From contig OX597820.1 of NCBI GenBank assembly GCA_951406725.2, forward strand, positions 107,818,001-107,882,000: 64,000 nt of DNA. Direction: 5' to 3'. The stretch is from Octopus vulgaris (taxonomy: Eukaryota). Below are positions 33,755 to 45,959 of the stretch, piece by piece. The notes below the pieces were generated by a model, which was not told the origin of the DNA, made no database searches, and saw nothing but the letters and a program-made list of their open reading frames with translations. The position numbers and the translations under genes are program-made. Every line of letters begins with the position of its first letter. Positions within the stretch are counted from its first letter, which is position 1.

Positions 33755-33941
33755 TATGTATATGTATGTAGATACCTATATATATATATATTTATTGAAA
33801 TGGATAAATGAATTATCTTGTTAAGGATTATTCAAAATTTAACCGATACCTGGGTAGCAAAAATCACAACAGAAAAAACACGGTTGAAGTTATGACCTAG
33901 GGGTGTCGCAACCGTGCCTTAGCGCGGATAATTGAAGTTTA

Positions 33942-34029
33942 ATATATTTAGTGAAGGGAAGAAATGGAGCTGAACGAAGATTCTACAGAATTCTGTAGAA
34001 TCTTCGTTCAGCTCCATTTCTTCCTTCAC

Positions 34030-34038
<9 letters not shown>
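33942..34038. repeat. Near-perfect ~48-bp-arm palindrome centred on GAA|TTC (33990/33991), abutting (TA)n
   Basis: atatatttagtgaagggaagaaatggagctgaacgaagattctacagaa | ttctgtagaatcttcgttcagctccatttcttccttcactaaatatat, with one indel. Confidence 0.92.
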
Positions 34039-34064
<26 letters not shown>

Positions 34065-34134
34065 GTGTGTGTGTGTATATATGTATATATACATCTATAT
34101 ATGCATGTATATATGTATATCATATATATATATT

Positions 34135-34278
34135 TTATTCTTTTACTTGCTTCAGTTATTTGACTGCAGCCATGCTGGAGCACTGCATTTAGTTGAACAA
34201 ATCACCCCCAGGACTTTTTATTTGTAAGCTTAGTACTTATTCTATCGGTCTCTTTTGCTAAAGTGCTAAGTTATGGTG
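34135..34278 (-). mobile_element. SINE 3' portion
   Basis: tttgactgcagccatgctggagcactgc..gtacttattctatcggtctcttttgc..gctaagttat resembles abundant octopus SINE sequence (from recall, not searched). Confidence 0.5.
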
Positions 34279-36359
34279 AAGTAGATTACTGTTATTTTTT
34301 TCAATGTTAACTATTTTCTGCAAGTCATCAAATACAATCATGACAATTCATATGATCATTCAGTTTTAGTTTGATTTTGTTCAATCAAAGCACCCTTTTC
34401 TGAAAACTCCTTATTATATAATTTTTTGGGTTGTAACACTCAACAACATTTATACATCAATATATCAATATTTTTTTACTTTTTACTTTTATCCTTAATA
34501 AATCAGAGAATGACAATGAAAATTGTTGATGAAATCAAAATTGGTTGAAATATCGATACCTCCCACATAAAACAGTTTTTGAATTCATTTTATTTGCATA
34601 AAATAACTTACATTGTTACTTTATTTCATGTAAAGAAATGCAAATCTTGTTGACCAAGAAGTATTTGCAAGTAATTGGTTTGGTGGCAGATAGATATAGT
34701 TTTAAGAGAAAAAAAGTGAAACTCAATTTTTTTTTTCTCATATTTTAATTATTTTGTGCAGAACTGCTTTTAAAAGAAATTGAAAACAAGATCAGTTCAA
34801 AAAGATTGCATTTAAGACCATAATGTACAGGGTGCTGCGGAAAAACCTCCCATATTTTATACATCATGATTGGTGAATCTGGGAGATATTTTTTGTCACA
34901 CCTTATAAGTCGCCTTGTTGACACAGTCAAGGTTATGTCATGTACAAATGTTAAAATTTCTTTGGTTCTTTTGTTTTACAAAAGTGCGGGGAGATATGAA
35001 ACAAATTTTAATGTTGACATTCAAATCAAAATTATAAACAATAATTAATTCTATTTTTATCAAATATCAGTTTATTATTTTTTAAATTCTATATTATTAA
35101 TAAACAAATCATAAATTGTTTTGGCTTTAAAAAAATAAAGTTTAAAAAAATAAAAACTTGTTTTGTTTTTGTTGAAATTTAAGTAAAAGATGGTACTTAC
35201 GTGTGTGCTTGTTTAAGTTTGTGAGTGATTGTGTTTGTATACATTACACGTATGAGTTCATACAGTTGTTTGTGAGTGAGTGCATGTTTGAATGTGTAAA
35301 TTGTGTAAATATGATTGCATATTTGTTTATGTGAGTGCATGTATTTTCATCAGCTGTGATGGAAGAGTTGACTGAAATAATCAATGTAGTCAATCCAATG
35401 ACTTGATTTGATCTCTAGATCCAATACTCCATATATACCACATCTCTACTTAGTTGAAGACCATACTGCACACTCTAACATGCACTGACTTACTGTTTAG
35501 GGTACAGTGTCTCATCCTGGGTATGTTGCATTTTCTCCACCGTATAACCTCTGGGAGGATGTTTTCAAAGCTTCTATTCATGGACATAGTGCACAGATCT
35601 ACTGTATCAAGGTTATGTGTAGATGTTAGGATACAAGGGGTTATAAAAGAATTAAGAGTAGATATTGATTAAATTTAATCTACCTGCATTCAGGAGAAGG
35701 TTATTTCTTTATACAACTAAATATTTTCTGGTTCCTGATAAATTTCACATTTACAGTCAAGAAATGATACTATCTCAGACGCTGCAATTCTTCAAAAGAT
35801 CCTACAAAATAGATAACAAAAAAAACTACCAACACCAAAATAGGAGTCTCTACATATCACTTGACTTGTTAGAAACAGTAGCTGTGTTTCCTTTAAAACA
35901 CACCTTACCATACTAACATATAAGTTCTAGAAACATGTGGGAAGGTCATGGTTGGAGCACCTTTGATATTAGGTTTAATGTATGCATGGGTGTGTCTGCA
36001 TCAATAGAATAATTTAACTCAGCATAAAAAGATTTTAATAATAAAATAACAAGAAATAAACTTTACACACAATAACATGACAATATTGTTTTTATATATT
36101 TTGTATTTTCTCCCAAAAAGCAAATCCATATTTTTCAAAAATCAAGTTGGTTGAATGGAATTAGTGGAACAGATGATAAAGATTTCAAAATAAGCCAGAG
36201 GAAACTTGACTAAGAACAAAAAAAATATATTACCAAATATGTCTATTAAACTATTACATATCTTCTTTGCTATCATCATTGTCATCATCATTTAACATCT
36301 ACCTTCCATGCTGGCATGGGTTGAATGGTTCAACAGGATTCAACTATATCTCCATAGGC

Positions 36360-39300
36360 ATGAATGGGGATACTCACAAGCTACTGGATGTTTTGATTGT
36401 TTTATGGAGTGGACCCCAGTGAGAGGATTTGACTCCTGAAACTTAGGCTAAAGGAAGAACCACTGTGACTGTTGCAAGTATGTGCACCAAATAAGAGAAG
36501 TCAAATACAGATCCTCCTGTGACAAAATTACTGCAACCTTTGATGTAGTTAAGACTGAATTGTATGTCAGCACTGATCACTGGTCAAAGAAAAGGATTGG
36601 GAAGACTAGCAACCCTGACCTCAGTGCAAATGAAGAGACCTTAAAAGATTTCTGTAAGGGAAAAGGATTCTCTATGATGAACACATTTTTCTAACACAGG
36701 GATATTCATAAGTACACCTGGTACAGGGATTCTTTGGGACAAAGGTCACTGACAGATTTTGCTATCATCTCTGACCTTTTTGATTCTGTACTGGATATTC
36801 AAGTAAAGAGAGCGGTGAAGCTATCAACTGATCATCACCTAATTGTCTGCAACCTGAGACTGTCTGAAGCAAGAAGAACCCTCAAAACTAGTAAGTCCAG
36901 TGCAACTTACAGGAAAAGTGGGAAGCCCTGGTGGATGATGGGATCAGAGACAAATATGCAGAAATTATTGCATCAAAATTCAGATCTTCCTGAACAGTCT
37001 AAGGATGCTGAAACCGAGAAGAGATTGTTTTATTCAGTTATTTCTTCCAGCTGTGCAATGTTATAGACAAAACTGGCTGGGTCTGCCGAAACCACCGAAT
37101 ACAACTGCACTATATGGAAAACCCGTGCTGCAACTACCAATAACATCAATCACCAAAGAATATAAGGCAGGAAAGGCACGGACAGTAATGATGCTAAGGT
37201 TTTCAAAAGATCAGAGCATCCGGGAAAACCCTCCAAAGGTACGAACGGGAAGAAATGGAAGGCGGAAGAGGCAGTAAACAGGGCAATCGGGAAACTAAGG
37301 CATGCAGATATAGTCAGAGTGACGCAAGAAGCAAGAGCCAGCCTAGAGTCGCACAATTTCAGGCCATTTTGCAAGAGCAGTATAAAAGAGATGAAAGAGG
37401 CAGTGGTATACAAAGTGAGAAAGGAGGAAGAAGAAAGGCGAAATGTACATTTGGTGCAATGTAGTCAACAGGGACAGTGCCTGAGATGGGAGGAATATAT
37501 GATCAGCCGCAGAATATCATGGAAGGAACTTTGGGCTTGGGAACAAGCAAGAACATCCTTCCTGATCAAGTCTACCTTCAACGTTCTACCCTCACCAGCG
37601 AACCTAGTCTGGTGGAGCATAAAAACAACTGATGCATGTAGATGCAGAGAGAAAGCGATGGTTAGACATGTTCTGTCAAACTGCAGACTAGCACTAGAAA
37701 GGTATACATGGCGGTATAATCAAGTCCTCGGAATCATAAGGGCAGCACTCAAGAAGATCAAGAGGTACAATAGGGGAGAGTACCCAAAAGTGGAAAAGTA
37801 CAGGAAAGTATACTTCCAGAAGGAGGGAAAAGGATATAAAACCAGGCCTACAAATAAAATATATGAGATAGACGAAAGATGGAAGGGATACTGGGAGGTG
37901 GCCACGGATTTGGAAAGACAAGTAATATTTCCACTAAGAAAAACGACAAAAAGACCAGATTTAGTCCTATGGAACAGAGAACGGAGAATAGGAATTTTGC
38001 TAGAACTGACAGTGCCATTGGCAATGCAGAGGAAGGAAAAGAGAAGAGGTACGAAAAACTAATCGAAGAGTGCAGAGAACAGGGATGGAATGTCGAATAT
38101 TACCACCTGGCAGTGGGGGCTAGAGGCTTCATTGAAAGAAAAATGACAACGCTATTCAAAAGATGATTTGTTTTTTCTAGCTCCGAGCTATGAAAACTAA
38201 TAAGGAGAGTATAGGAGGCGGTTGAAAAAGCCAGCTTCTATATATGGCTGAAGCAGGAAGACCAAAAATGGCTTAAAAGTCATAACATGCTGGCGGGAAA
38301 TAACATCACTAGGTGAGACAAGCTGACACTGAATCAGCTTCACTGACTGACAGGTGGCGGTCGTTTAGAGAATGCGTGGGCAAAGACTACGTGCCTTCAT
38401 TGGTCAGTTAAAGTTGAAACAGTGTCATGTGACAACTTGCTGGGGCTGCCTGCTGGAGCCTAGCAGCAGGTATTTAAAGGGAAAAACTTTGACAAGTCAG
38501 TCTGTTGTCCGCTGATGCTCATTGTAGTGGACACAAAGTGCATCTAGGGGTGAAGACCAACCTTACAGAATCTGAAATCATAGAAAAGATTAAAGTACTC
38601 AAATGTGGCAAATCCACTGAAAGGTGTTCTTAAGGTATTCTCTGGCTGACTCATGTATGCCAAGTAGCTTGAACCTCTGGAAAGACACCAAAGCAACTTG
38701 CAATGTGAGTTCATAAACCAAATTTTTAAAAAGGAGTCAAGATAGAATGCTCTAATTACAGAGGAATCCCCATGCTGAGCCTCTCCAGTAAAGTCTATGC
38801 TAGGTGTCTAGAAAAGATATGTAGAGAAATTGTCAAGCCCAAGCTAGCTGAAGAACAGTGTGGCTTCCATTCTCTATGCAATACAACTGATCAGATTTTC
38901 GCTCTACAACAGGTCTCCAAGAAATTGTACCAAAAGGTGTATGTTTACATTGTAAACCTTGAAAAGGCATATAACCAAGGGACATGCTGTGGAGCATTTT
39001 GCAAGAGTTTGGGATCAATGGACAACTTCTGGTTGCCACGCAGTCTCTAAACAAGTGGCCAGATGTTTGTGACCAAATAACTGGTGCAAAGTAGAAAACT
39101 TTCAATGTAGATGTTGAACCTATGCAGGGATGCATATTGTTATCATTCCTTTTCATAATTATTATGAACTGCAATAACATGCACACCTGTTAGTAGAATC
39201 AGTCAACTGATATTTGCAGACAATATGGTGCTACTTGGTTCATCAGAAAGTGATCTCCAGCATGCACTGAACAGGTTTACTGCCAAGTGCTGTAAGGCAG

Positions 39301-39750
39301 GGAAGAGAATAAGTCCTGTGAAGACAGAGACATTAGTCCTCTCAAGGGACTCATTCCAATGCGCTCTGCATGTTAGTGGAACATCACTGAAGCAAGTGGA
39401 TAAGTTTAAGTATCTCAGGGATGCATTCACAATTGATGGAAGGCAGGAGGCTGAATTGGATGCTAGAATTGCAGGTGCTATTACAGTTGTGTACTAGCTC
39501 TAACATTCTGTCCTCAGAAGAAGAAAAATGGATAGAAAGAAAAGCCAACCCCACTTCTTTTGACTCGGATTGTGTGCCTATCCTCACCTATAGTCATGAA
39601 TGTTGGGTAATGAAAGAAAAAGTATAATTACAAATACAAGTGGCGAAAATGGGGTTCCTCTAAAGGATCTCTGGAATAAAGTTACTCAACAAGGTGCATA
39701 GCTTGGGAATCAGGGTGCCTCGCCAGGTCAAGCCACTACTCTTCCTATTT
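36360..39750 (+). mobile_element. RTE-type LINE remnant (APE endonuclease ~36360-37060; RT ~38560-39750), split by a nested REL-type element
   Basis: LLQVCAPN, HKYTWYRDSLGQRSLTDF, LSTDHHLIVC, then NYRGIPMLSLSSKVYAR, EEQCGF, TTDQIFAL, FADNMVL, FKYL and PILTYSHECW. Confidence 0.85.
37066..38540 (+). mobile_element. HERO/R2-superfamily non-LTR element, 3' half (CCHC knuckle plus restriction-like endonuclease)
   Basis: WLGLPK..ALYGK..LQLPITSITKEYKAGKAR, QQGQCLRWE, SFLIKSTFNVLPSPANL, C-C..HVLSNC..RYTWRYNQVL, RPDLVLW..LELTVP..KRYEKL..VGARGF. The 3' UTR end is approximate. Confidence 0.85.
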
Positions 39751-40462
39751 AAGAGATCCTTACTCTAACCCCATAACCTTCCCAGGAATAATGGGCTGAG
39801 AAGATAAATGGATGGATGAATATATCATAATCATGGTGTCCATTCCTTGATTTGCTAACATTAGGATTATCATTAGTACTATCCCAAATTAGGATATATC
39901 TAAATTTTTCTTTGTGCTGTAGTGATCCTATACAACAGCGCGCGCACGCAACGCCCTCTCGCGAATACACGAAGTCCGGAAGAGGGAATTTTGCTGACGT
40001 GGCCTTAGCTTATTTAGGCGAAGGGAGCGCGAGCCTTAACAAAGAGGCAAGGGAGCGCGAGCCTTAACAAAGAGGCAAGTTTTTCTGCCAAGTCTGAAAC
40101 ACGACCAACCTGTTTCCAGTCCCTTTCAACAGTTTGTTTCTTCATCTGCACTCACGCACGGAAGAAAAAAAAAAAAAAAGAGAAGAAATTTTTTTTTTCT
40201 CGATTAAAACGCGACGAAGGTTGGTAAAAAACAAAAAAAAGAAAAGAATTTTTTCTATTCTCTGTGCACACAGTACAAACAAAAAAAAAACATTTTTTTT
40301 TGTAAATTGCACATTCAAAATTTATTGGTTCAATTGTTGGTCTTTCTTTCTTTCTTTCTTTTTTTCCCTTTGTTTTTCCTTGTTGCATCTGTTCAGCGTT
40401 GGTTCGTTGTCAGTTTTCTTTTTTCCATTTGACAGAGTCATCTAGTGAATAAAAGGCTACAA

Positions 40463-41166
40463 AATGTTTATGGGTTCATTGCCTACTTTTACAGGTGATG
40501 CCACACTGTGGTTTTCACAGTTAGAGGCACAATTTCGTGCACAAAGTATTACTCCCGAGCATGCCGCCGCAACTGGCATCTTCAGCAAGAGACCTTATCA
40601 CAGACCCTAGTCCTGGCGCTACTTATGCGTCTGTTAAATTAGAGGTTGAAAAAAGAAATACACGAAGCGAGGAAAGTCGTTTCAACGAGTTAATGGCAGA
40701 TGAGCAACTAGGGGATAGAACTCCGTCAGAATTTTTACGAAGACTGAGGGAGTTAAGTGGTAATGCATCAGACGCCCCCTCCTTCGGAAGATTTTTTTTT
40801 TCGAGGTTGCCCGCCTATATACAGACCGTTTTGGCAACCGGCTTAGAGACAAATACAGTGGACCAAATAGCAACGATGGCTGATAAGATGGTTGAATTTG
40901 CCGTTCAACCATCGTCACGGTCTGCTTGTGCCTGTTCACAAACCTCTTCGGCCTCAATTGAGGGGCTTTCTAAACTAATAAAAACCCTCACTAAAAGGAT
41001 GGACGCGATGTGTCGCGATGGTAAGCGATCTTCAAAATCGCGGAGTCGCAGTCGTTCATCCTCGAGATCAACACAGTCTAAGTCTGGACTGTGTTGCTAC
41101 CACTCCAAGTATGGAGAGAATGCACATAGGTGCACACAGCCATGCACTTATAAGTCTTTAAACTAG
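40463..41166 (+). pseudogene. Gypsy gag, frameshifted near the 5' end
   Basis: LPTFTGDATLWFSQLEAQF in one frame, then LGDRTPSEFLRRLREL..CCYHSKYGENAHRCTQPC in ORF 40537-41166. Confidence 0.85.
41157..41163 (+). promoter_or_regulatory. -1 ribosomal frameshift slippery heptamer U UUA AAC at the gag-pol junction
   Basis: Gag ends TCT TTA AAC TAG. The -1 frame (TTT AAA CTA GAT TCG...) is open into the pol ORF at 41178. Confidence 0.8.
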
Positions 41167-44100
41167 ATTCGGAGAATTTGAGCACGTCAACTTCCTCCAC
41201 AACATTTTCTGGTTATCGTGCATTCTTTGTTAAAGATCTAGTGTCGAAGAAAAACTTCATGGTGGACACTGGTTCTTGTTGCAGTATTTGGCCTCTGCGT
41301 TGCACAACCGACAGGCCAAAGCGATCTAACGTCATCTTGCACACTATTGACTCGTCACCAATAGCCACATTCGGTCAGATCTCGTTGCGCCTTGACATTG
41401 GTCTTCGACAAGACTTTCAATGGGTTTTTGTCATTGCTGACATTCCGCATCCTATTTTAGGTGTGGATTTTCTGGATAAATTTGATTTGTTGGTAGATGT
41501 CAGACGTCGGAGGTTGGTCGATAGTTCGACTACACTCTCCACGCCGACCGGAGAATCTACCAATTTAGCTCTTAGCCCGACATTTTTTGTCGGTACATCT
41601 GGAGATGTTTTTCACTCTCTTTTAGCTTCTTTTCCAGAGCTATATGATGTTACCTTTAGGGTGGCTAAGCCATTGCATTCGACACGACACTTTATAACAA
41701 CAACTGGACCTCCTGTTTTTTCACGTCCAAGGCGTCTTGCACCTGATCGACTTAAAACTGCTAGGGCTGAGTTTGAGCATATGCTCCAGCTCGGTCTGAT
41801 ACGCCCCTCCACCAGTCCATGGGCATCTTCCCTTCATTTAGTAAGAAAAGGGGATACAGATTTTCGCCCGGTGGGAGATTATCGGCGTCTAAATTCGGTG
41901 ACGATTCCGGACAAATATCCCATAAGGATTTTAAACGATTTTTCGGCAAATTTACATGGCTGTACTATTTTTTCTAAGGTTGACCTGATACTCCTTTTGG
42001 CTGTTTCGAATTTTTATTTATGAGTTTTGGTTTGAGGAACGCTACTAGTACATTCCAACGTTTTATAGATGAAGTTGTTCGTGGACTTGATTTTGTGTTC
42101 GTGTATGTCGATGACATTCTAATCGCAAGTGATACGCATGAAAATCATCTCCTGCACTTGTCTCAGCTTTTTCAGCGTCTTCGCGACTATGGTGTTTGCA
42201 TTAATCCAGACAAGTGTGTTTTTGGGCAACCATCTCTTAATTTTCTCGGTCATTATATTGACTCAAGAGGAATCAAACCACTCTCATCCAAAGTCGATGC
42301 TATTCAGCGCATTGCACCACCTTCTTCTTTGCGTCAACTTCGCCATTTTTTAGGCATAGTAAATTTCTATAGACGTTTCATAGATCGGTGTGCGGACAAG
42401 TTGTTACCTTTAACACAAATGCTAAAGGGCAATTCCAAGAAGGACGCCCGTCTTACTCTTTCGGCAAAAGCACTGTCTGCCTTTGAGTTGGTTAAAAAGG
42501 AACTAGCTTCAGTCCCTATTTTGGCACATCCGGCTCCTAATGCTCCACTTACTTTATCTGTGGACGCATCAGAGTCTGCAATTGGCGCTGTTTTGCAGCA
42601 CACCGTAGAGGGTGAAGTTAAACCTTTAGCTTTCTTTTCTTGTCAGCTAAAGCCAGCTGAACGCAGATATAGTACCTTTGATCGAGAGTTACTAGTGATA
42701 TATCTGTCAGTTCGGCATTTTCAACACCAGCTCGAGGGACGAGAGTTTGTGATTTATACTGATCACAAGCCCCTTACTTTTGCATTATCTTCTAAAACGG
42801 ATAAACTCTCTCCTCGTGCTTTCTGTCACCTGGACTATATTTCTCAATTTACAAGTGACATTAGGCATGTGCCAGGCAGTGAGAACGTCCCTGCAGATGC
42901 TCTCTCTAGACTCCCTGTCAATTCCATTTCCTCTCCTGCAGCAATTGATTTAACTGCTATTTCGCAGGATCAACCACCTTTAGAGGAGTTGGATTTAACT
43001 TCGCCTAAGTTTATTAACTGTAAGTTTGACTACCTTCCGCTCCCTACAGCGGAAGGCTCTATTCTTTGTGACGTTTCTACCGGTTCACCTAGACCATTAG
43101 TACCTGAGAAACATCAACGTTCTGTGTTTGATGCTCTTCATTCACTGTCACATCCAGGTATCTCTGCCACAGTAAAGCTTGTTACTGCTCGGTTCTTCTG
43201 GCCCAATATGCGACGATCAATTACCTCTTGGGCACGCTCTTGTTTGAGGTGCCAGAGTGCTAAAGTCCATAGACACGTTCGTGCTCCACTTGGACAATTT
43301 TCCTCTACTGAAGCCCGTTTTCGCCATATCCACCTTGATTTGGTTGGACCATGGCCTGTGAGTCGCGGGTTCTCATACATTTTAACTTGTATTGATCGTT
43401 TTTCACGCTGGCCGGAAGCTATTCCTATAGTAGACATGTCAGCTGAAACTGTTGCAAGGGCTTTCGTATCTAATTGGATTTCGAGGTATGGTGTACCATA
43501 CAGTTTAACCACAGATCGTGGTCGACAATTCGAGTCTGCATTGTTTCGTGAGTTATCACGAATCCTGGGGATGCATCATATACGCACCACAAGTTACCAC
43601 CCCGCTTCTAATGGGATGGTGGAGCGTTTCCATAGGCAACTTAAGGCCGCTTTGCGTGCCTCGCCGAATCCACAGTCATGGACTGAATTTCTACTGATCG
43701 TCCTGCTTGGATGTCGGACTGCGATTAAAGCAGACCTTGGTTTTTCGTCTGCCGAGCTCTTGTATGGCATTGCCTGGTACGATGTTGGTGCCAGACAAGT
43801 CACAGTCTCTTAATTTAGAGTCTTATGTTGCTCGATTACGCAGATATTTTTCTGCCCTTCCTCCTATGGACCCTCGACACCAAAATCCTCCTTCTAGTGT
43901 GCCATCAGACCTTAATTCTTGGACGCATGTTTTTATTCGTGATGATTCTGTCAAAGGACCTCTTGTTTCTCCTTATAAAGGACCTTTTCGTGTGATTTCT
44001 CGCACGCCGAAGGTATTCAAACTTGAAATTAATGGTCGTTCGGAGACCGTCTCCGTAGATCGTCTTAAAAGGGCATATTTTGAGGTGTCCACATCTTTTA

Positions 44101-44300
44101 ATGACCCCACTGCCACAACCATCGTTGAACCTTCACATGCACCTTTGACAACATCACTATTTACACATGCACCATTATCAACACCAACATCGACAACACC
44201 ACCTTCGTCGTCACAGCCTGCCTCGAACAGACCTTATGTTACGAGGTCAGGCAGAACTGTTCACTGGCCGAAAAAACTTTCCAAAACTATTTATATTTGA
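41157..44300 (+). pseudogene. Gypsy pol (protease-RT-RNase H-integrase), two frameshifts
   Basis: [51 protein letters not shown] finger, [32 protein letters not shown]. Breaks at ~41990 (RT segment deleted) and ~43770. Confidence 0.92.
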
Positions 44301-45149
44301 CATTTTCAATTGACTTCCCAGTGACAGTTCAATACTCATTGAACTTTGCTCATTTTGAGTATTTTTCTCTTTTTACCTTTAAGGTGAATTTTTTTTTTGC
44401 TGTTTAATGTATTATATTGTGTGCTATTTTTGGTTATCTGGTGTCCACCTTGAGTTTTATGGTCACTACAAGGAATTGTTGTTCGTGCTTAGGCACTGGA
44501 GGGGAGCTTTGTAGTGATCCTATACAACAGCGCGCGTGCGCAACGCCCTCTCGCGAATACACGAAGTCCGGAAGAGGGAATTTTGCTGACGTGGCCTTAG
44601 CTTATTTAGGCGAAGGGAGCGCGAGCCTTAACAAAGAGGCAAGGGAGCGCGAGCCTTAACAAAGAGGCAAGGGAGCATAAAGCGTTGACCATTAGCGTCC
44701 GGCAGACAGCGGCAGGCTTTTCATAGAAGCAGACGTTTAATTCGCTCTCTCTCCGGTTTTGATAGCAGCAGTCTTTTGGCCGAAGACTTTTAACCTGAAT
44801 TGTTGCAAACAACATCATCTTCTTCCTCCGGATGCCATTTTTGACCCGTTCTGTTTTTAGCGGCTGAACATTGTAAATATTACAATCAATTAACTTTCAG
44901 CCTTGCGCGCCCAGAACCAAGGACATCAGATATACCACTGATCTCTCACCATAAAACAATAAAGTATATCTATTTTTTACGTCTGCATTTTGTGTTTCTT
45001 TGACTGGTAGAGTCTGGATATTAAAGCAACGGAAAGTGATTGCTTCTCGCTCCTCCAAAAGGTCCAGAGAAGATATTCACATTTCCTTACAGTGCCTTAC
45101 CCTTCTCAGCACCTCATATTACTAGAATAGCTCCTCATGAGCAGATAAA

Positions 45150-45900
45150 ATCAATATCCTATTAGAAACATTATCCATTATTGAGTCAATCACTACTTTT
45201 GGATGTTTATATAATTTAAATTTTCTTTCGACTTATGATATGGATGAGACTTCCATTATCTAATTCAAGTGTCACGTCTTAAAAATTAGCTGCTTTATGA
45301 TTATTGTTAATAGTGATGAATGAACCTCTATTCTTAAAAAATCTTCTAATTCTTTTTCTATAATGTTCTAGTTCCCCATTACTACTATTGTAGACAGAGA
45401 AAAGAGCTTCTTCCCTACATAAACCCATAATATTCAGAAAATCCATATTTAGTGTATGCAAAATATGTATCCCAACCTTCTAGTCCATAATTTACCATCA
45501 AAATCTATAAAAGTCCATCAGTTAGTAAGAATTATGTTGACTTTCCTTCTAGATACCTTAGAGATTTTCAAGGCAAATATAAGAGGCTTGTTTAACAATA
45601 TTGGAGAAATGCTAGAGTATATCTACTTGGATAAATTTACAATGGTTCTTTTTTAGTATTTTCCTAAACCAATCAATTTTCCTAAACTACTCAATCACTT
45701 CAATAATAGTTGTCCACAGGCTAAGTTTTAGCTTAGATCTAGTATAACCTAGTCCAATATTATTTTGATTATTTTACTTCTAACCAACTTTGAAGGGTAT
45801 ATTAATTAGATAGAAGAGTAAAATCACCCATATAGTCCTCAAGAGTTATCTGTGGAGACTAGTATAAAAGGTTTCCTATGATCCTCAAATTTTAGTTCAC
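45150..45900 (-). mobile_element. Penelope-like RT remnant, heavily decayed
   Basis: GLCREEALFSVYNSSNGELEHYRKRIRRFFK..AANF is colinear with GGLYRDDALFCVRNTSNRRLDLLKKRINKFFK..SANY of the 16064-20720 element. Confidence 0.65.
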
Positions 45901-45959
45901 AGGATGCCAAGAAGCAGACCAATCCAGTAAAGAAGGATTTGAAAGCTAAAGAATCCTTG

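Larger units (their letters stand above)
39918..45091 (+). mobile_element. Gypsy LTR retrotransposon, near full length, with a partly deleted 5' LTR
   Basis: TG..CA ends with a GTGC target-site duplication (39914-39917 and 45092-45095). 5' LTR remnant 39918-~40079, 3' LTR 44510-45091, PPT ggaggggag just upstream of 44510. Confidence 0.95.

Noticed and set aside
35490-35610. Possible minus-strand exon ending at a GTAAG donor
   Set aside because: No recognisable protein similarity and no partner exons.
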